This document shows, piece by piece, positions 10,171-19,170 of a stretch of 56,509 nucleotides of DNA. Origin of the DNA: Halobacteriales archaeon (GTDB taxonomy: Archaea > Halobacteriota > Halobacteria > Halobacteriales > Hikarchaeaceae); assembly GCA_042219475.1 (NCBI GenBank), contig JBDGPX010000063.1, positions 1 through 56,509 on the forward strand, in the 5' to 3' direction. Numbering within the stretch: the first letter of the stretch is position 1; each line of letters opens with the position of its first letter. The notes beneath the pieces were generated by a model that ran no database searches, was not told the DNA's origin, and saw only the letters and a list, made by a program, of their open reading frames with translations. The position numbers were made by a program, and so were the translations under genes.

Positions 10171-10815
10171 TCACTCAAGCTCACGCCACTCGCTGGATAT
10201 ATCTTCGATGCCCTGAATCCGGATTTGTCGGGTCCCGTTCTCGTCACGGAGTTCGATCATTCCATCGAACAGCTGTTTGAGGGTATTGACCGTCCCCTGG
10301 TCATGAGTCGTTGGATCGATCGAAAACAATCCGAGCCCGTCAGCTCCCGATACCCGACCGGTCAGTACATGGAGAAATCGAAACACGGTCTCGACTTCGG
10401 CGTACATCAGGAGCGTCGAGAGCGAATAAAAGCCGATTCGGATGCCGTTTACTCCCTGCTCGCCAAGCCCCTGCAGTTGTTCGGAGACGCCGATCCCGAT
10501 CCCGGTGAGGTCGGCCGGCGAGGAGACGTACTCGACGACGTCCTCGGACAAGGTTCCGGGCGCGTTTTGTTGTTCGGAGACACAATCGACGAGCCGGAGG
10601 AGCGACAGTGGCTGTTGTGTCCGACTTTCGAAATCGCTGATCACCGACTCGGCATCGCGGTTTGTCGAGACCAAGAGGCCCCCTTCTCCGTTTTTGAATC
10701 CGTTGATCATGAGATCAAGGATGAGTTCGTATTTCCCCGACATAGTTGGTCCCGCGATTAGAAAGGACCCAGAATCAAACTCGTCGATGGGAAAGGACTC
10801 ACCAGTCGAGTACAT
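10171..10815 (-). CDS. KaiC/RecA-fold ATPase-like protein with degenerate Walker A (haloarchaeal RAD55/KaiC-like signalling family)
   Basis: 214 aa. P-loop-like 'IAGPTMSGKY' has Y where S/T is expected. The C-terminal 'FRFLHVLTGRV...LFSIDPTTHDQGT' block is shared with the paralogue at 24896-25531. Its stop abuts the stop of the convergent 8830-10170 gene with no spacer. Confidence 0.55.
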   Translation of the reverse strand: MYSTGESFPIDEFDSGSFLIAGPTMSGKYELILDLMINGFKNGEGGLLVSTNRDAESVISDFESRTQQPLSLLRLVDCVSEQQNAPGTLSEDVVEYVSSPADLTGIGIGVSEQLQGLGEQGVNGIRIGFYSLSTLLMYAEVETVFRFLHVLTGRVSGADGLGLFSIDPTTHDQGTVNTLKQLFDGMIELRDENGTRQIRIQGIEDISSEWRELE

Positions 10816-11084
10816 GGAAGGGGGGCGCGCTATTCGATGTGCGTGTTCGGGAGGAATATAGCTATTGTCTTCTCGGTCGAAACTTTTGTGGCTGTTTCAT
10901 GTTGGAGGGATAGCAACGAATATAACAACGTTTTGAACAAAACCACAAGACAGTAGCCGTGTATATGGGATTTGTCGTGCTCCCCATCGATCAGGCGAGA
11001 ACCGATACCAAAATCGGACATTAATCGACAGCAGACGATAATCCGCGAAAAAAATTAGATACCCCACCGCGTTTATCTAAATGA

Positions 11085-11813
11085 ATGGCGCTGTCGGAAA
11101 TCATCGAATCCGTCGAATCCGATCGGAAGACCCTCACGGTATACAACCCTACGGATTCCGATCTCATCGAGCAACTGCGCTCGTACTTTGACTCACAGAA
11201 CGTCGAGATCACGACCGACGAGATACCCGATGGCGCCCCGGAATCGTTCGCCGTGCTGAGCGAGGACGGCGAATTCCTCACCTCGATCAACCTCTCCGCT
11301 CTCAGAGGACTGGTCGGACAAGATGCGTCGCCAACGAATATCGGTACTGATCCCGATTACAGCGATTTACTCGCTCATCTCGACGATACGACGTTCACCT
11401 CGTACGACCGCAAACAGATGCTCTATACGACCCGTGAGATCGAGGACCGCGCCTGGCGGGCGGGCCGTGGTCGGCTGATCGCCGGATTTCAAAACCGGGA
11501 CGCTCTCAAAGCACAGATCGACGAATACGAACAACTGGCCGAGAAAGATCTGGCGATCGATATCTTCACGCCGATCGAAGGTCCACCGGGGATCGACGGC
11601 GTTGCGGTTCACCCGACGTTCACCGACGAGATCGAGCAATCATGGTTCGTCGCCTTCGACGGAGCGGGGATGGACATCTACAAATGTGCGCTGCTTGCCG
11701 AGGAACGCGACGGCTCTTTCTATGGGTTGTGGACGTACGATCCGGAAATCGTCGATCAACTCTTCGAGTATATCAAGCAAACCTACGGGCTCTCGGAAGC
11801 AGCCATCCAGTAA
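11085..11813 (+). CDS. DICT-like sensory domain protein (standalone)
   Basis: 242 aa, acidic. Matches by memory the haloarchaeal proteins annotated as DICT sensory domain ('FTSYDRKQMLYTTREIEDRAWRAG', 'WFVAFDGAG...ALLAEE'). No kinase or output domain in the ORF. Family call not verified. Confidence 0.5.
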   Translation: MALSEIIESVESDRKTLTVYNPTDSDLIEQLRSYFDSQNVEITTDEIPDGAPESFAVLSEDGEFLTSINLSALRGLVGQDASPTNIGTDPDYSDLLAHLDDTTFTSYDRKQMLYTTREIEDRAWRAGRGRLIAGFQNRDALKAQIDEYEQLAEKDLAIDIFTPIEGPPGIDGVAVHPTFTDEIEQSWFVAFDGAGMDIYKCALLAEERDGSFYGLWTYDPEIVDQLFEYIKQTYGLSEAAIQ

Positions 11814-11889
11814 GGAATCGACAATCCCCTGCAGTGATCGTCGAGGTTCGCGATCAGATCAATGACAGCTTCTCAGGTCCGTGATCACC

Positions 11890-13068
11890 TTACAACAGAG
11901 CCGGAAGTTGATCACGAAGGGTCGACACAGTCGCCGTCTCGGTTTGGATATCGACATCAGTACCCTCTTTGAACCCGGTGCCAGTCGTGATCGCAACGAC
12001 GTCCTCGGTCGGGACGATCTCGCCATCTGCGGTCAGTTGACGCAGACCGGCGAGCGCCGCGGCCGAGGCGGCTTCGGCGCTGAAGCCGGCGTCGGCGGCG
12101 AGTACCCCCATCGCCTCGGACATCGACTCGTCCGATACCGATACCACAGCACCGCCGGTGTCACGGACACCACGGAGGATCCGGGTGCCGCTTGGCGGGT
12201 CAGGATTCGCGATCGAATAGGCGATTGTCTCAGCATCGGCCACTGGTTCGACCTCATCGGAATCGTTCCTGTAAGCGGTTGCGATCGGATCGACCGCCGC
12301 CGCTTGAACACAGTAGAGCCGTGGAAGAGTGTCGATACGACCACTGGCCTGTAATTCCCGGAGGGCCTTCCAGACACCGCTTGCGTGACCACCGCTACTC
12401 ACCGGGAGAACGATCGCATCCGGAACCGTCGGCGCCATCGTCTCACAGATCTCAAGGGCCACCGTCTTCTGACCGGCGACCCGGAGCGGCACGTCCGAGT
12501 TGATAAACGGCACCTCAGCCTCCGTCCCGATCTCGAGAGCCTCGTAGTACAACTGGCCGTAATCGCCGTCGACACGGACGATGGTCGGATCGTATTGGGC
12601 GATAAAGGTCAAACGCGCGGTCGGAATATCAGCCGGGACCAACACGATACAATCCAGGTCGGCGCCGGCGGCATTCGCGGCCATGCTCATCGCCATGTTA
12701 CCGTGCGAGACTGTCCCCACCGCGTCATATCCCATCGTGTCCGCCCAGGTACAGCCGACCGCACTACCCCGATCTTTGAAGCTGCCAGTCGGGTTTTCGG
12801 CCTCGTCTTTGATATATACGCGACAGCCAGCGTACTCATCCAGCCCGGGTGTACGAACGAGTGGGGTCCCCCCAGCTGCCGCCAGCACACCATCGGGTTC
12901 GGCGATCGGGAGGAGATCCCCGTAGCGCCACATCGACCACGGTTTTCCATCGGGATAGGTGAACTCAGCGGCCGCCGTATCGAACCAAAGCGGTTCGCCA
13001 CACCGACACCGTGCGACCGGGAGTTCCTCGCGCTCACCACATGCGTAACATCGGAGTTGAGTAGCCAT
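11890..13068 (-). CDS. thrC: Threonine synthase
   Basis: 392 aa. N-terminal Cys-ribbon 'CYACGE...CRCGEPLWF', PLP-lysine motif 'NPTGSFKDRG', 'SHGNMA'. Confidence 0.9.
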   Translation of the reverse strand: MATQLRCYACGEREELPVARCRCGEPLWFDTAAAEFTYPDGKPWSMWRYGDLLPIAEPDGVLAAAGGTPLVRTPGLDEYAGCRVYIKDEAENPTGSFKDRGSAVGCTWADTMGYDAVGTVSHGNMAMSMAANAAGADLDCIVLVPADIPTARLTFIAQYDPTIVRVDGDYGQLYYEALEIGTEAEVPFINSDVPLRVAGQKTVALEICETMAPTVPDAIVLPVSSGGHASGVWKALRELQASGRIDTLPRLYCVQAAAVDPIATAYRNDSDEVEPVADAETIAYSIANPDPPSGTRILRGVRDTGGAVVSVSDESMSEAMGVLAADAGFSAEAASAAALAGLRQLTADGEIVPTEDVVAITTGTGFKEGTDVDIQTETATVSTLRDQLPALL

Positions 13069-13140
13069 TGTCGAGAAAGGGAAGGGCTCCGCGTATAAGT
13101 GTGGTCTCCCGGTGGAGTCTGCGTGGATGGCTGTTATGGG

Positions 13141-13821
13141 TTAAGTTCGGGCGAGCACGAGGGCATACTCGCTGCCGAGTGAGTCATCGAGAGTCGACTG
13201 ATCAACCACATCGAATCCCGCTTTTTCGATCAGATCGATGCTCTCTGTGAGCGAAGGGAAGCTCCAGAGCATCTCGGCGCCCGTATCGAGCCAATCCGGG
13301 TTGGAACCCTCCCAGGCTTCAATCCCGACGGTAACCAAAACGAATCCACCATCGATGAGCACCCGGTTGAGTTCCCGATACACCGTCGAATGGTATTCCC
13401 GAGCAACATGAATGATCGAATAAAACGCGACAGCCGCGTCGAACTGGCCCGCACAAAACGGGAGAGCGGTGAGATCACCCTGGACGACCGCTCCGGTAGG
13501 GACGGTTCGTCGGGCCAACCGAACCTGCTCGCGTGAGATATCTAGCCCGACTGGATCGAGTCCCCGTTCGTGGAGGGTGACAGTCACCGGCTCACCGGCA
13601 CCGCAGCCCGCATCGAGGACACGAGCACCATCGGGAAGGGTGTCGATGAATTCCTCGACGATCCCGGAATCGGGCAGTTCATCGGCCCTGGATGTCCGAT
13701 ACACCTCGGCGATCATGTCGTAGCCACGACGAACCCGCTCGTGTTGATCCTCCATCGGCCCGATGTTGTGCTCGTGGTACCTAATCATTTGATTGTCGAG
13801 CGTAGCTGTCTCACTGGCCAA
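13141..13821 (-). CDS. Class I SAM-dependent methyltransferase
   Basis: 226 aa. Motif I 'VLDAGCGAGEP', motif post-I 'GLDISREQ', 'FDAAVAFYSIIHV'. Confidence 0.8.
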   Translation of the reverse strand: MASETATLDNQMIRYHEHNIGPMEDQHERVRRGYDMIAEVYRTSRADELPDSGIVEEFIDTLPDGARVLDAGCGAGEPVTVTLHERGLDPVGLDISREQVRLARRTVPTGAVVQGDLTALPFCAGQFDAAVAFYSIIHVAREYHSTVYRELNRVLIDGGFVLVTVGIEAWEGSNPDWLDTGAEMLWSFPSLTESIDLIEKAGFDVVDQSTLDDSLGSEYALVLART

Positions 13822-13865
13822 CGGGAAAAGAGTGCACAGCTAGCTATCGGAAACGGACACCGCCC

Positions 13866-14663
13866 CTACATGTCGTCTTTGAGACGAGTGAGGATACCCT
13901 CAACCATCTCGTCGATGAACTCGTCGATAAACTCCGGATCGGCGTTGGTCGGATCCCCGAGCCCGCCTTGTTTGGTCATCTCGTCGAAGTAGACGGGAGA
14001 CCGTGTGTCGAAAGTCCGTTTGAGGACCTGATCCTCCTTGGCGTCGCTTTTGACGAGATCAGGGTGATAATGCTCGATCACGCTGGTCTCATAATCGCCG
14101 GCATGACCCCACCCCTCGCCGAAGTATTCATTGAGTTGATCTCTGGCGAAATCCATGAACGGCGGGAGGATCACGTGCGTCGGAAGGTCATGATCACGCT
14201 GCAGCCGATCGGCGGCTAGTTTTAATGGTTCGCGATTGCCACCGTGGTGGTTGACGATCAACAGTCGGTCGGCATCGTGTTCGGCCATCGAACCGCCGAT
14301 CTGTTCGATCACCTGTTGATAGGTATCAGCATCGAGCGTGACCGTACCCGGGAAGTTCATGTGGTGTTCAGAGTAGCCATACGTAAGTGTCGGTAACACC
14401 GCGATCTCGATATCGTACTCATCACCCCGTCGAGCGATCTCGCCGGTAAGGTGATCGGCTTCGATCGAATCGGTTAACAGCGGGAGATGCTTCGAGTGTT
14501 GTTCGAAGCTTCCACACGGCAGGGCGACGAAGTCTGCGTTCTCGATCGCCTCTCCGGCATCGGCTGAAGTCTTTGCACCCAGATCGAAGGATTCGAAGTC
14601 AGTACGCATCGGTATCGATTGAGACGCGGCGGCCTCTTGGGTGTATTGCCAACCGAATGTCAT
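13866..14663 (-). CDS. Creatininase-family amidohydrolase
   Basis: 265 aa with 'GSFEQHSKHLPLLTD', 'YGYSEHH' and 'IVNHHGGN', typical of the creatinine amidohydrolase family. Confidence 0.8.
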   Translation of the reverse strand: MTFGWQYTQEAAASQSIPMRTDFESFDLGAKTSADAGEAIENADFVALPCGSFEQHSKHLPLLTDSIEADHLTGEIARRGDEYDIEIAVLPTLTYGYSEHHMNFPGTVTLDADTYQQVIEQIGGSMAEHDADRLLIVNHHGGNREPLKLAADRLQRDHDLPTHVILPPFMDFARDQLNEYFGEGWGHAGDYETSVIEHYHPDLVKSDAKEDQVLKRTFDTRSPVYFDEMTKQGGLGDPTNADPEFIDEFIDEMVEGILTRLKDDM

Positions 14664-14751
14664 GCCGAGAACCCCCTATCGATAGACGATCGTTCCAAAC
14701 TGGATGGATTCCCACCGGGGTTCTTTCTATCCAGCCCGAAAAAGAGAGGAT

Positions 14752-15429
14752 ATGACACCCACCGTGTTGGTGACCGGCTACGAACCGTTCGGGGAGTATG
14801 ATCACAATCCAAGCGGCGAGATCGCAACCCGCCTCAACGGCCGAACGATCGCTGGCGCTGAGGTAACTGGTGTCGAACTACCGGTCGAGTTCGAGCGGAC
14901 CACGGACGTCCTCCTCGATCAGATCGAGTCCACCGATCCCGTGGCTGTCGTGGCGATGGGTCTCGCAGGTGGTCGACATGCTCTCTGTGTCGAACGCGTT
15001 GGTATCAACGTCGACGACTGTGTGAGTACCCCTGACAATGCCGATCACGAACCACATAACGAGCGGATCGATCCCACGGGTCCGGCGGCCTATTTCACGA
15101 CACTGCCGGCCACTGACATCATCGACACATTACTGGCTGATGGGATTCCGGCACGGCTCTCAAACACGGCCGGCACACACCTCTGTAATCACCTCCTTTA
15201 TACGGTCCGCCATCACATCGCTCAGGCCGGCCGATCGATACCCGCGGGATTCATCCACGTCCCGCTCTCAATGGGCCAAGCTGCCGATCGTGCGACAGAA
15301 GCCGTTTATGGCGGCGGCGTCGAACCGAGTCTCCCGCTGTCGATGCAGATAACCGGTATCGAACGCGCGATCGAACAGACAATACACGCGTGCGAGTCGG
15401 TCGATACACCAGCTGTCGCTGAGGATTAA
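14752..15429 (+). CDS. pcp: Pyroglutamyl-peptidase I (pyrrolidone-carboxylate peptidase)
   Basis: The ORF is open from 14704; I prefer the ATG at 14752 ('MTPTVLVTGYEPFG'). Catalytic-Cys context 'NTAGTHLCNH', His context 'GFIHVP'. Confidence 0.9.
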   Translation: MTPTVLVTGYEPFGEYDHNPSGEIATRLNGRTIAGAEVTGVELPVEFERTTDVLLDQIESTDPVAVVAMGLAGGRHALCVERVGINVDDCVSTPDNADHEPHNERIDPTGPAAYFTTLPATDIIDTLLADGIPARLSNTAGTHLCNHLLYTVRHHIAQAGRSIPAGFIHVPLSMGQAADRATEAVYGGGVEPSLPLSMQITGIERAIEQTIHACESVDTPAVAED

Positions 15430-15488
15430 GATCGATCCGATCCCCCGAACCGGCGCGTTCATGACAACGTACTGCAAAGACAGGAGTA

Positions 15489-16277
15489 ATGACTGATTTC
15501 GCCGGTGCCATCATCGATCTCGACGGAACCGTCGTCCGCGGGGATCGATTGCTTCCGGGGGCCAAACCAGCGATCGAATCGTTGCGTGCCCGGGGCATGG
15601 AGCTCTTGTTCGTCTCGAACAACCCAGTTGATCCACCCGCACGTCGGGCCAAGCAACTCCAAGCACTCGGATTGGAGATCGACGCCGAGAATATCATGAC
15701 CAGCGGGACGATGACGGCTGCCTACCTCCTCGAATATCACGCCGACGCTCGAACCTATCTCATCGGCGAGAACGGGCTCCGGGAGCAATTAGCTGATCAC
15801 GGTGTGAGGCTCACCGATGCCCCGGAACAGGCAGATATCGTCGTTGGCTCGATCGACCGGGAGATGAGTTATGAATCGCTGACTGAGGATCTCCAGGCTG
15901 TCGTCGACGGCACCCCCTATATCGGGACGGATCCCGATGGCACCATCCCTGGCTCGAGCGAGATCGTACTCCCCGGGACAGGGTGTATGCTTGGCGCCCT
16001 TCGAGGGATGATCGACCGTGATCCGATCGCCGTACTCGGGAAACCCTCGGGGTTCGGAACGCAGATGGCGCTCGATCGGCTGGGCACCGATCCCGATCAA
16101 TGTCTGATGATCGGTGATCGGCTCGAGACGGATATCGAAATGGGTACCACCGCCGGCATGACCACCGTATTGGTACTCACCGGCGTTACCGATCGGCGCG
16201 ATGTCGAACGACGCGATGGCGCTCCTGACTTCGTGTTCGACTCGATCGCTGAGATCGACCGAGTGTTTAGCCACTAA
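15489..16277 (+). CDS. HAD-IIA family hydrolase (NagD-like sugar/nucleotide phosphatase)
   Basis: 262 aa with 'IIDLDGTVVRG', 'FVSNN', 'GKP' and 'IGDRLETDI'. Confidence 0.85.
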   Translation: MTDFAGAIIDLDGTVVRGDRLLPGAKPAIESLRARGMELLFVSNNPVDPPARRAKQLQALGLEIDAENIMTSGTMTAAYLLEYHADARTYLIGENGLREQLADHGVRLTDAPEQADIVVGSIDREMSYESLTEDLQAVVDGTPYIGTDPDGTIPGSSEIVLPGTGCMLGALRGMIDRDPIAVLGKPSGFGTQMALDRLGTDPDQCLMIGDRLETDIEMGTTAGMTTVLVLTGVTDRRDVERRDGAPDFVFDSIAEIDRVFSH

Positions 16278-16896
16278 CAGCTCGGATCAGTTCGAACAGT
16301 TCCGTTCGGAATGCCGTCGGCTCGAAGGGAGGCTCCAAATCGGGAGCACCGATGGCTGCGATCTTCTTTGGATACGTTCCGCCGCTCAACAGAACATCAC
16401 GATCAACAGCCCAGATGACCAACCAAGCCGTTCCACGGAGCTGCCGTTGTGATGAATCGGTCGGATCCCAGTCGGTGAAATGACTGTTGTCGATCGGATA
16501 GACCAGATCGTACTCGATCGCCGATGCCTCGTGGCATGGATCGATCTGCAGGCGCCGTGATCCACGCCGTCGAACCGAGCGAAAGCCGCGGTCTTCGAGG
16601 TCGTCGACAAACCGTGTCATCGCCTGTGGCCGAATTAATCGATCGATAATGGTCCCGAACCCAACCGTGATCGGACCAGCAAGCCGCAACCGGCTGGCGA
16701 AAAACGACCGCCACAGTTGATCGATACCCACCGACTCCCGTATCGCCCGCCGGAGCGCTCGGTCCTCGTATAGCAGGAATCGGGATGCCACGGTCACTAT
16801 CGGCGACTCAAGGAATGTTCGTTCTGTTTCCTCGATGCGCTCCCATCCACCTTCAGCCAACTGATCGGTGGGAATCGTCGGCGGCGGAACACTCAC
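16267..16896 (-). CDS. Conserved haloarchaeal hypothetical protein
   Basis: 209-aa ORF with normal acidic composition and an AT-rich upstream region. Its 3' end overlaps the convergent HAD gene by 11 nt. No family recognised. Confidence 0.5.
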   Translation of the reverse strand: MSVPPPTIPTDQLAEGGWERIEETERTFLESPIVTVASRFLLYEDRALRRAIRESVGIDQLWRSFFASRLRLAGPITVGFGTIIDRLIRPQAMTRFVDDLEDRGFRSVRRRGSRRLQIDPCHEASAIEYDLVYPIDNSHFTDWDPTDSSQRQLRGTAWLVIWAVDRDVLLSGGTYPKKIAAIGAPDLEPPFEPTAFRTELFELIRAVSG

Positions 16897-17112
16897 ATTT
16901 TCGTCTCATGGAGGGAGGGCATAACACTCCCGGCCTCGTTCGACACGGGAACACGCCCGTATTGACGACCGCTCTGTTCCGAATCACGGGGAAAACGCTT
17001 GAAGATATGTCATATACAGAAATACAGGCTCGCAATCGGGAACTACTCCGTGGTGGCTACACGGTCGACACCGCTCTCTCCTTTTATTGGACACTCTTCG
17101 CAGTGAGGATCA

Positions 17113-17694
17113 TCAGTCCTCGTCAGTCCCACGGCCTAACTCATAAAATTCATCGTTCGGCCGCATATCGGCGAGCGTCGACATCCGGTTCGAGAGGTTG
17201 AAAAACGCCGTCACGCTCCCGATATCCCAGATCTCCTCCCGGTCAAATCCGGCTCTTTCAAGTTCGGCGAGATCGTCCTTCGTTACACGTTCTGGTGACT
17301 CAGTCAGCTTGACGGCGAAATCCAACATCGCCCGATGCCGGTCGTTTAGATCCGCTGCGCGATGATTGGTCGCGAGCTGATCGGCCAATTTCGGCTGTTC
17401 GGTATAGATCCGAACCAGTGCTCCGTGGGCGATGACACAGTAGAGACAGTCGTTGACGCCGCTGACAGTGACGATAATCATCTCCACTTCCGCCCGTGAA
17501 AGCGGGGTGTCATCGACCAATGCATCATAATACGCAAAAAACGCTCTGAAATGCGACGGTTTGTAGCCGTATGCAAGAAAGACGTTCGGGGTGAAGCCGG
17601 CTCGTTCGGTTTCCTCTTCGATCCGGCCACGGAGGTCCGCCGGAAGATCCTCGGGATCGGGTACCGGAAACCGTTCCATTGCTGATTCAGCCAT
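17113..17694 (-). CDS. Carboxymuconolactone decarboxylase / AhpD-like peroxidase-related protein
   Basis: 193 aa with the CxxC motif 'NDCLYCVIAHG', typical of the AhpD/CMD family. Confidence 0.8.
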   Translation of the reverse strand: MAESAMERFPVPDPEDLPADLRGRIEEETERAGFTPNVFLAYGYKPSHFRAFFAYYDALVDDTPLSRAEVEMIIVTVSGVNDCLYCVIAHGALVRIYTEQPKLADQLATNHRAADLNDRHRAMLDFAVKLTESPERVTKDDLAELERAGFDREEIWDIGSVTAFFNLSNRMSTLADMRPNDEFYELGRGTDED

Positions 17695-17767
17695 ACGTGT
17701 CGGACACGTAACCTCGAACCAAGAGCTTTGGCTTGGCCGTTGGAACTAACAGCCGATCGCTCGTCGG

Positions 17768-18358
17768 TCAGATCGTCTCGAAGACCCGTCGATCGAACCG
17801 ATCGAGGATATCCTCGACTCGATGATCGGCATAGCGCCGGAGATTGCACAGATCTGTGAGCAGCATCTGATATTCGGGATCTTCTCGGAGCGTTCGTTGG
17901 GATTGTGCAGTTTCGAGTTCGGCCCGTCGTGTCGCTAACGAGAAGTAGTGATCGATGAGTTCACTATATATGTCCTCGATGTAGAGTCGTTCGACGGTTT
18001 CTTGGATTTTTGATCGCGTTATCGGCTCGGTAACACAACTGATAGGTTGGCGATTAGCCATCGGTTCTGTCGATACATCAGCCGTGATGAGTGCGATCGG
18101 TGAGGTTGTCGCGTAGAGATCGATGAGATCGGTGCAGTCTTTCCAGCCTTGATCGGAATATTGACAATCAAGGATCAAGACATCGGCCGTATCCTCAATT
18201 GCAGCCACAGAGTCGTTATCAAGGTTGTCGACAGACACGATACGACACGTTTCCGAAAGCCACTGACGATACTGTCGTAGTGATAACTCGTCAGACCCCC
18301 TGATAGCGACACGCGGGTCTGGTAATTGCTCCTGCAAGTTCCTCCCCTCCCAAGACAT
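17768..18358 (-). CDS. Receiver-like (degenerate) domain fused to HalX helical domain
   Basis: 196 aa. The C-terminal 'IQETVERLYIEDIYSELIDHYFSLATRRAELE' resembles the HalX domain of 53548-54183. The N-terminal flavodoxin-like half keeps 'DVLILDCQ', but 'SDE' replaces the DD pocket and 'VTEPI' replaces the conserved K. Confidence 0.55.
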   Translation of the reverse strand: MSWEGRNLQEQLPDPRVAIRGSDELSLRQYRQWLSETCRIVSVDNLDNDSVAAIEDTADVLILDCQYSDQGWKDCTDLIDLYATTSPIALITADVSTEPMANRQPISCVTEPITRSKIQETVERLYIEDIYSELIDHYFSLATRRAELETAQSQRTLREDPEYQMLLTDLCNLRRYADHRVEDILDRFDRRVFETI

Positions 18359-18506
18359 AAGAACGTTATCGAAAGATCATAAATATTCTGCTTGGCTGTG
18401 TGGCGATTTGCCTGATGAGTAATGGTGGGAAACGACGGATGGACCAGCGACTGATCAGGGGTTCAAAAAAGAAGGGATCGACGTGGATCGGAAAACGCGG
18501 TCGTAA

Positions 18507-18749
18507 TTATGCCGTTGCCGAGACCTCTCCACGGATCCGCTCGACGATATCGTCCTTGTCGAAGTCCTCCTCGCTTTTATCGAAGATCAGATCGCCGTCG
18601 GCTCGCACCTTGAAGACGCCATTGTCGCCGGTTTTGAGCGATACAGAGTCGATCTCAAGCCCGAATTCCGAGAGGATCTCCTTTTGGAGATCCTGAGCAC
18701 GGTTGAGGTGGCCACACGGGACGCAGTACTCGATTTCTACCGATGTCAT
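18507..18749 (-). CDS. Rdx-family (SelW/SelT/SelH-like) thioredoxin-fold CxxC protein
   Basis: 80 aa from the internal ATG at 18749 ('MTSVEIEYCVPCGHLNRA...'). The CxxC sits where selenoproteins of this family carry CxxU. The longer 190-aa ORF overlaps the next gene and reads like out-of-frame sequence. Confidence 0.6.
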   Translation of the reverse strand: MTSVEIEYCVPCGHLNRAQDLQKEILSEFGLEIDSVSLKTGDNGVFKVRADGDLIFDKSEEDFDKDDIVERIRGEVSATA

Positions 18750-18822
18750 AGCATGTTGAATTATGAATGGCGGGTTGATAAGTTTCACCACGATCGATAT
18801 CCATCTCAGCGAGCGTTTTGAA

Positions 18823-19119
18823 TCAGTCCGTTCCGGGGAGCCCGACTTCGGCCTCCTCGCCACCGGACTCCGTCTCTTCGTCGGGCCCGATGTGGACTGC
18901 CAATTCATAGAGGTTCTGGCGGGCATCCGGGATGTATACTTCCTGATTGACGGCGTCAACTTCCTGGAGTCGCGCCAGAGCGTCGCGAACTGTTCGCTGG
19001 GAGAGCATCGACCGTGCGACGATCTCTTTCTGAGTAAGTGAACCGTTATATTCCAGAACTTTGTAAACGAGTTTCGCACTCGGGGGGAGGTCTTCGATGT
19101 CCTCTCGATCGGTCATCAT
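18823..19119 (-). CDS. Winged-helix (MarR/TrmB-like) transcription regulator with acidic tail
   Basis: 98 aa. 'AKLVYKVLEYNGSLTQKEIVARSMLSQRTVRDALARLQE' is a typical wHTH. Confidence 0.65.
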   Translation of the reverse strand: MMTDREDIEDLPPSAKLVYKVLEYNGSLTQKEIVARSMLSQRTVRDALARLQEVDAVNQEVYIPDARQNLYELAVHIGPDEETESGGEEAEVGLPGTD

Positions 19120-19154
19120 CCTATCCCACGTTGGCGATCAGTATAATAACACCA

Positions 19155-19170
19155 GTTACGTGAACGTAAC
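19155..19170. promoter_or_regulatory. Palindrome GTTACG-TGAA-CGTAAC in the divergent wHTH / surface-protein promoter region
   Basis: Perfect 6+6 inverted repeat read directly, 36 nt upstream of the wHTH start codon. Candidate operator; function not shown. Confidence 0.4.

Noticed and set aside
10168-10173. Back-to-back stop codons (TGA / TCA) of two convergent genes with no spacer, and the 11-nt convergent overlap at 16267-16277
   Set aside because: Both are real in the sequence, but compact convergent gene ends are common in haloarchaeal genomes. I see no evidence of special function.
18750-19079. Long form (190 aa) of the Rdx-like ORF, and the N-terminal 47-aa extension of the thioredoxin ORF (27089-27229)
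   Set aside because: The long Rdx form overlaps the wHTH gene 18823-19119 and is basic and low-complexity. For thioredoxin, the internal 'MTDDELAEIRERKRQQL' start resembles other haloarchaeal thioredoxins. The longer forms are kept only as alternatives.
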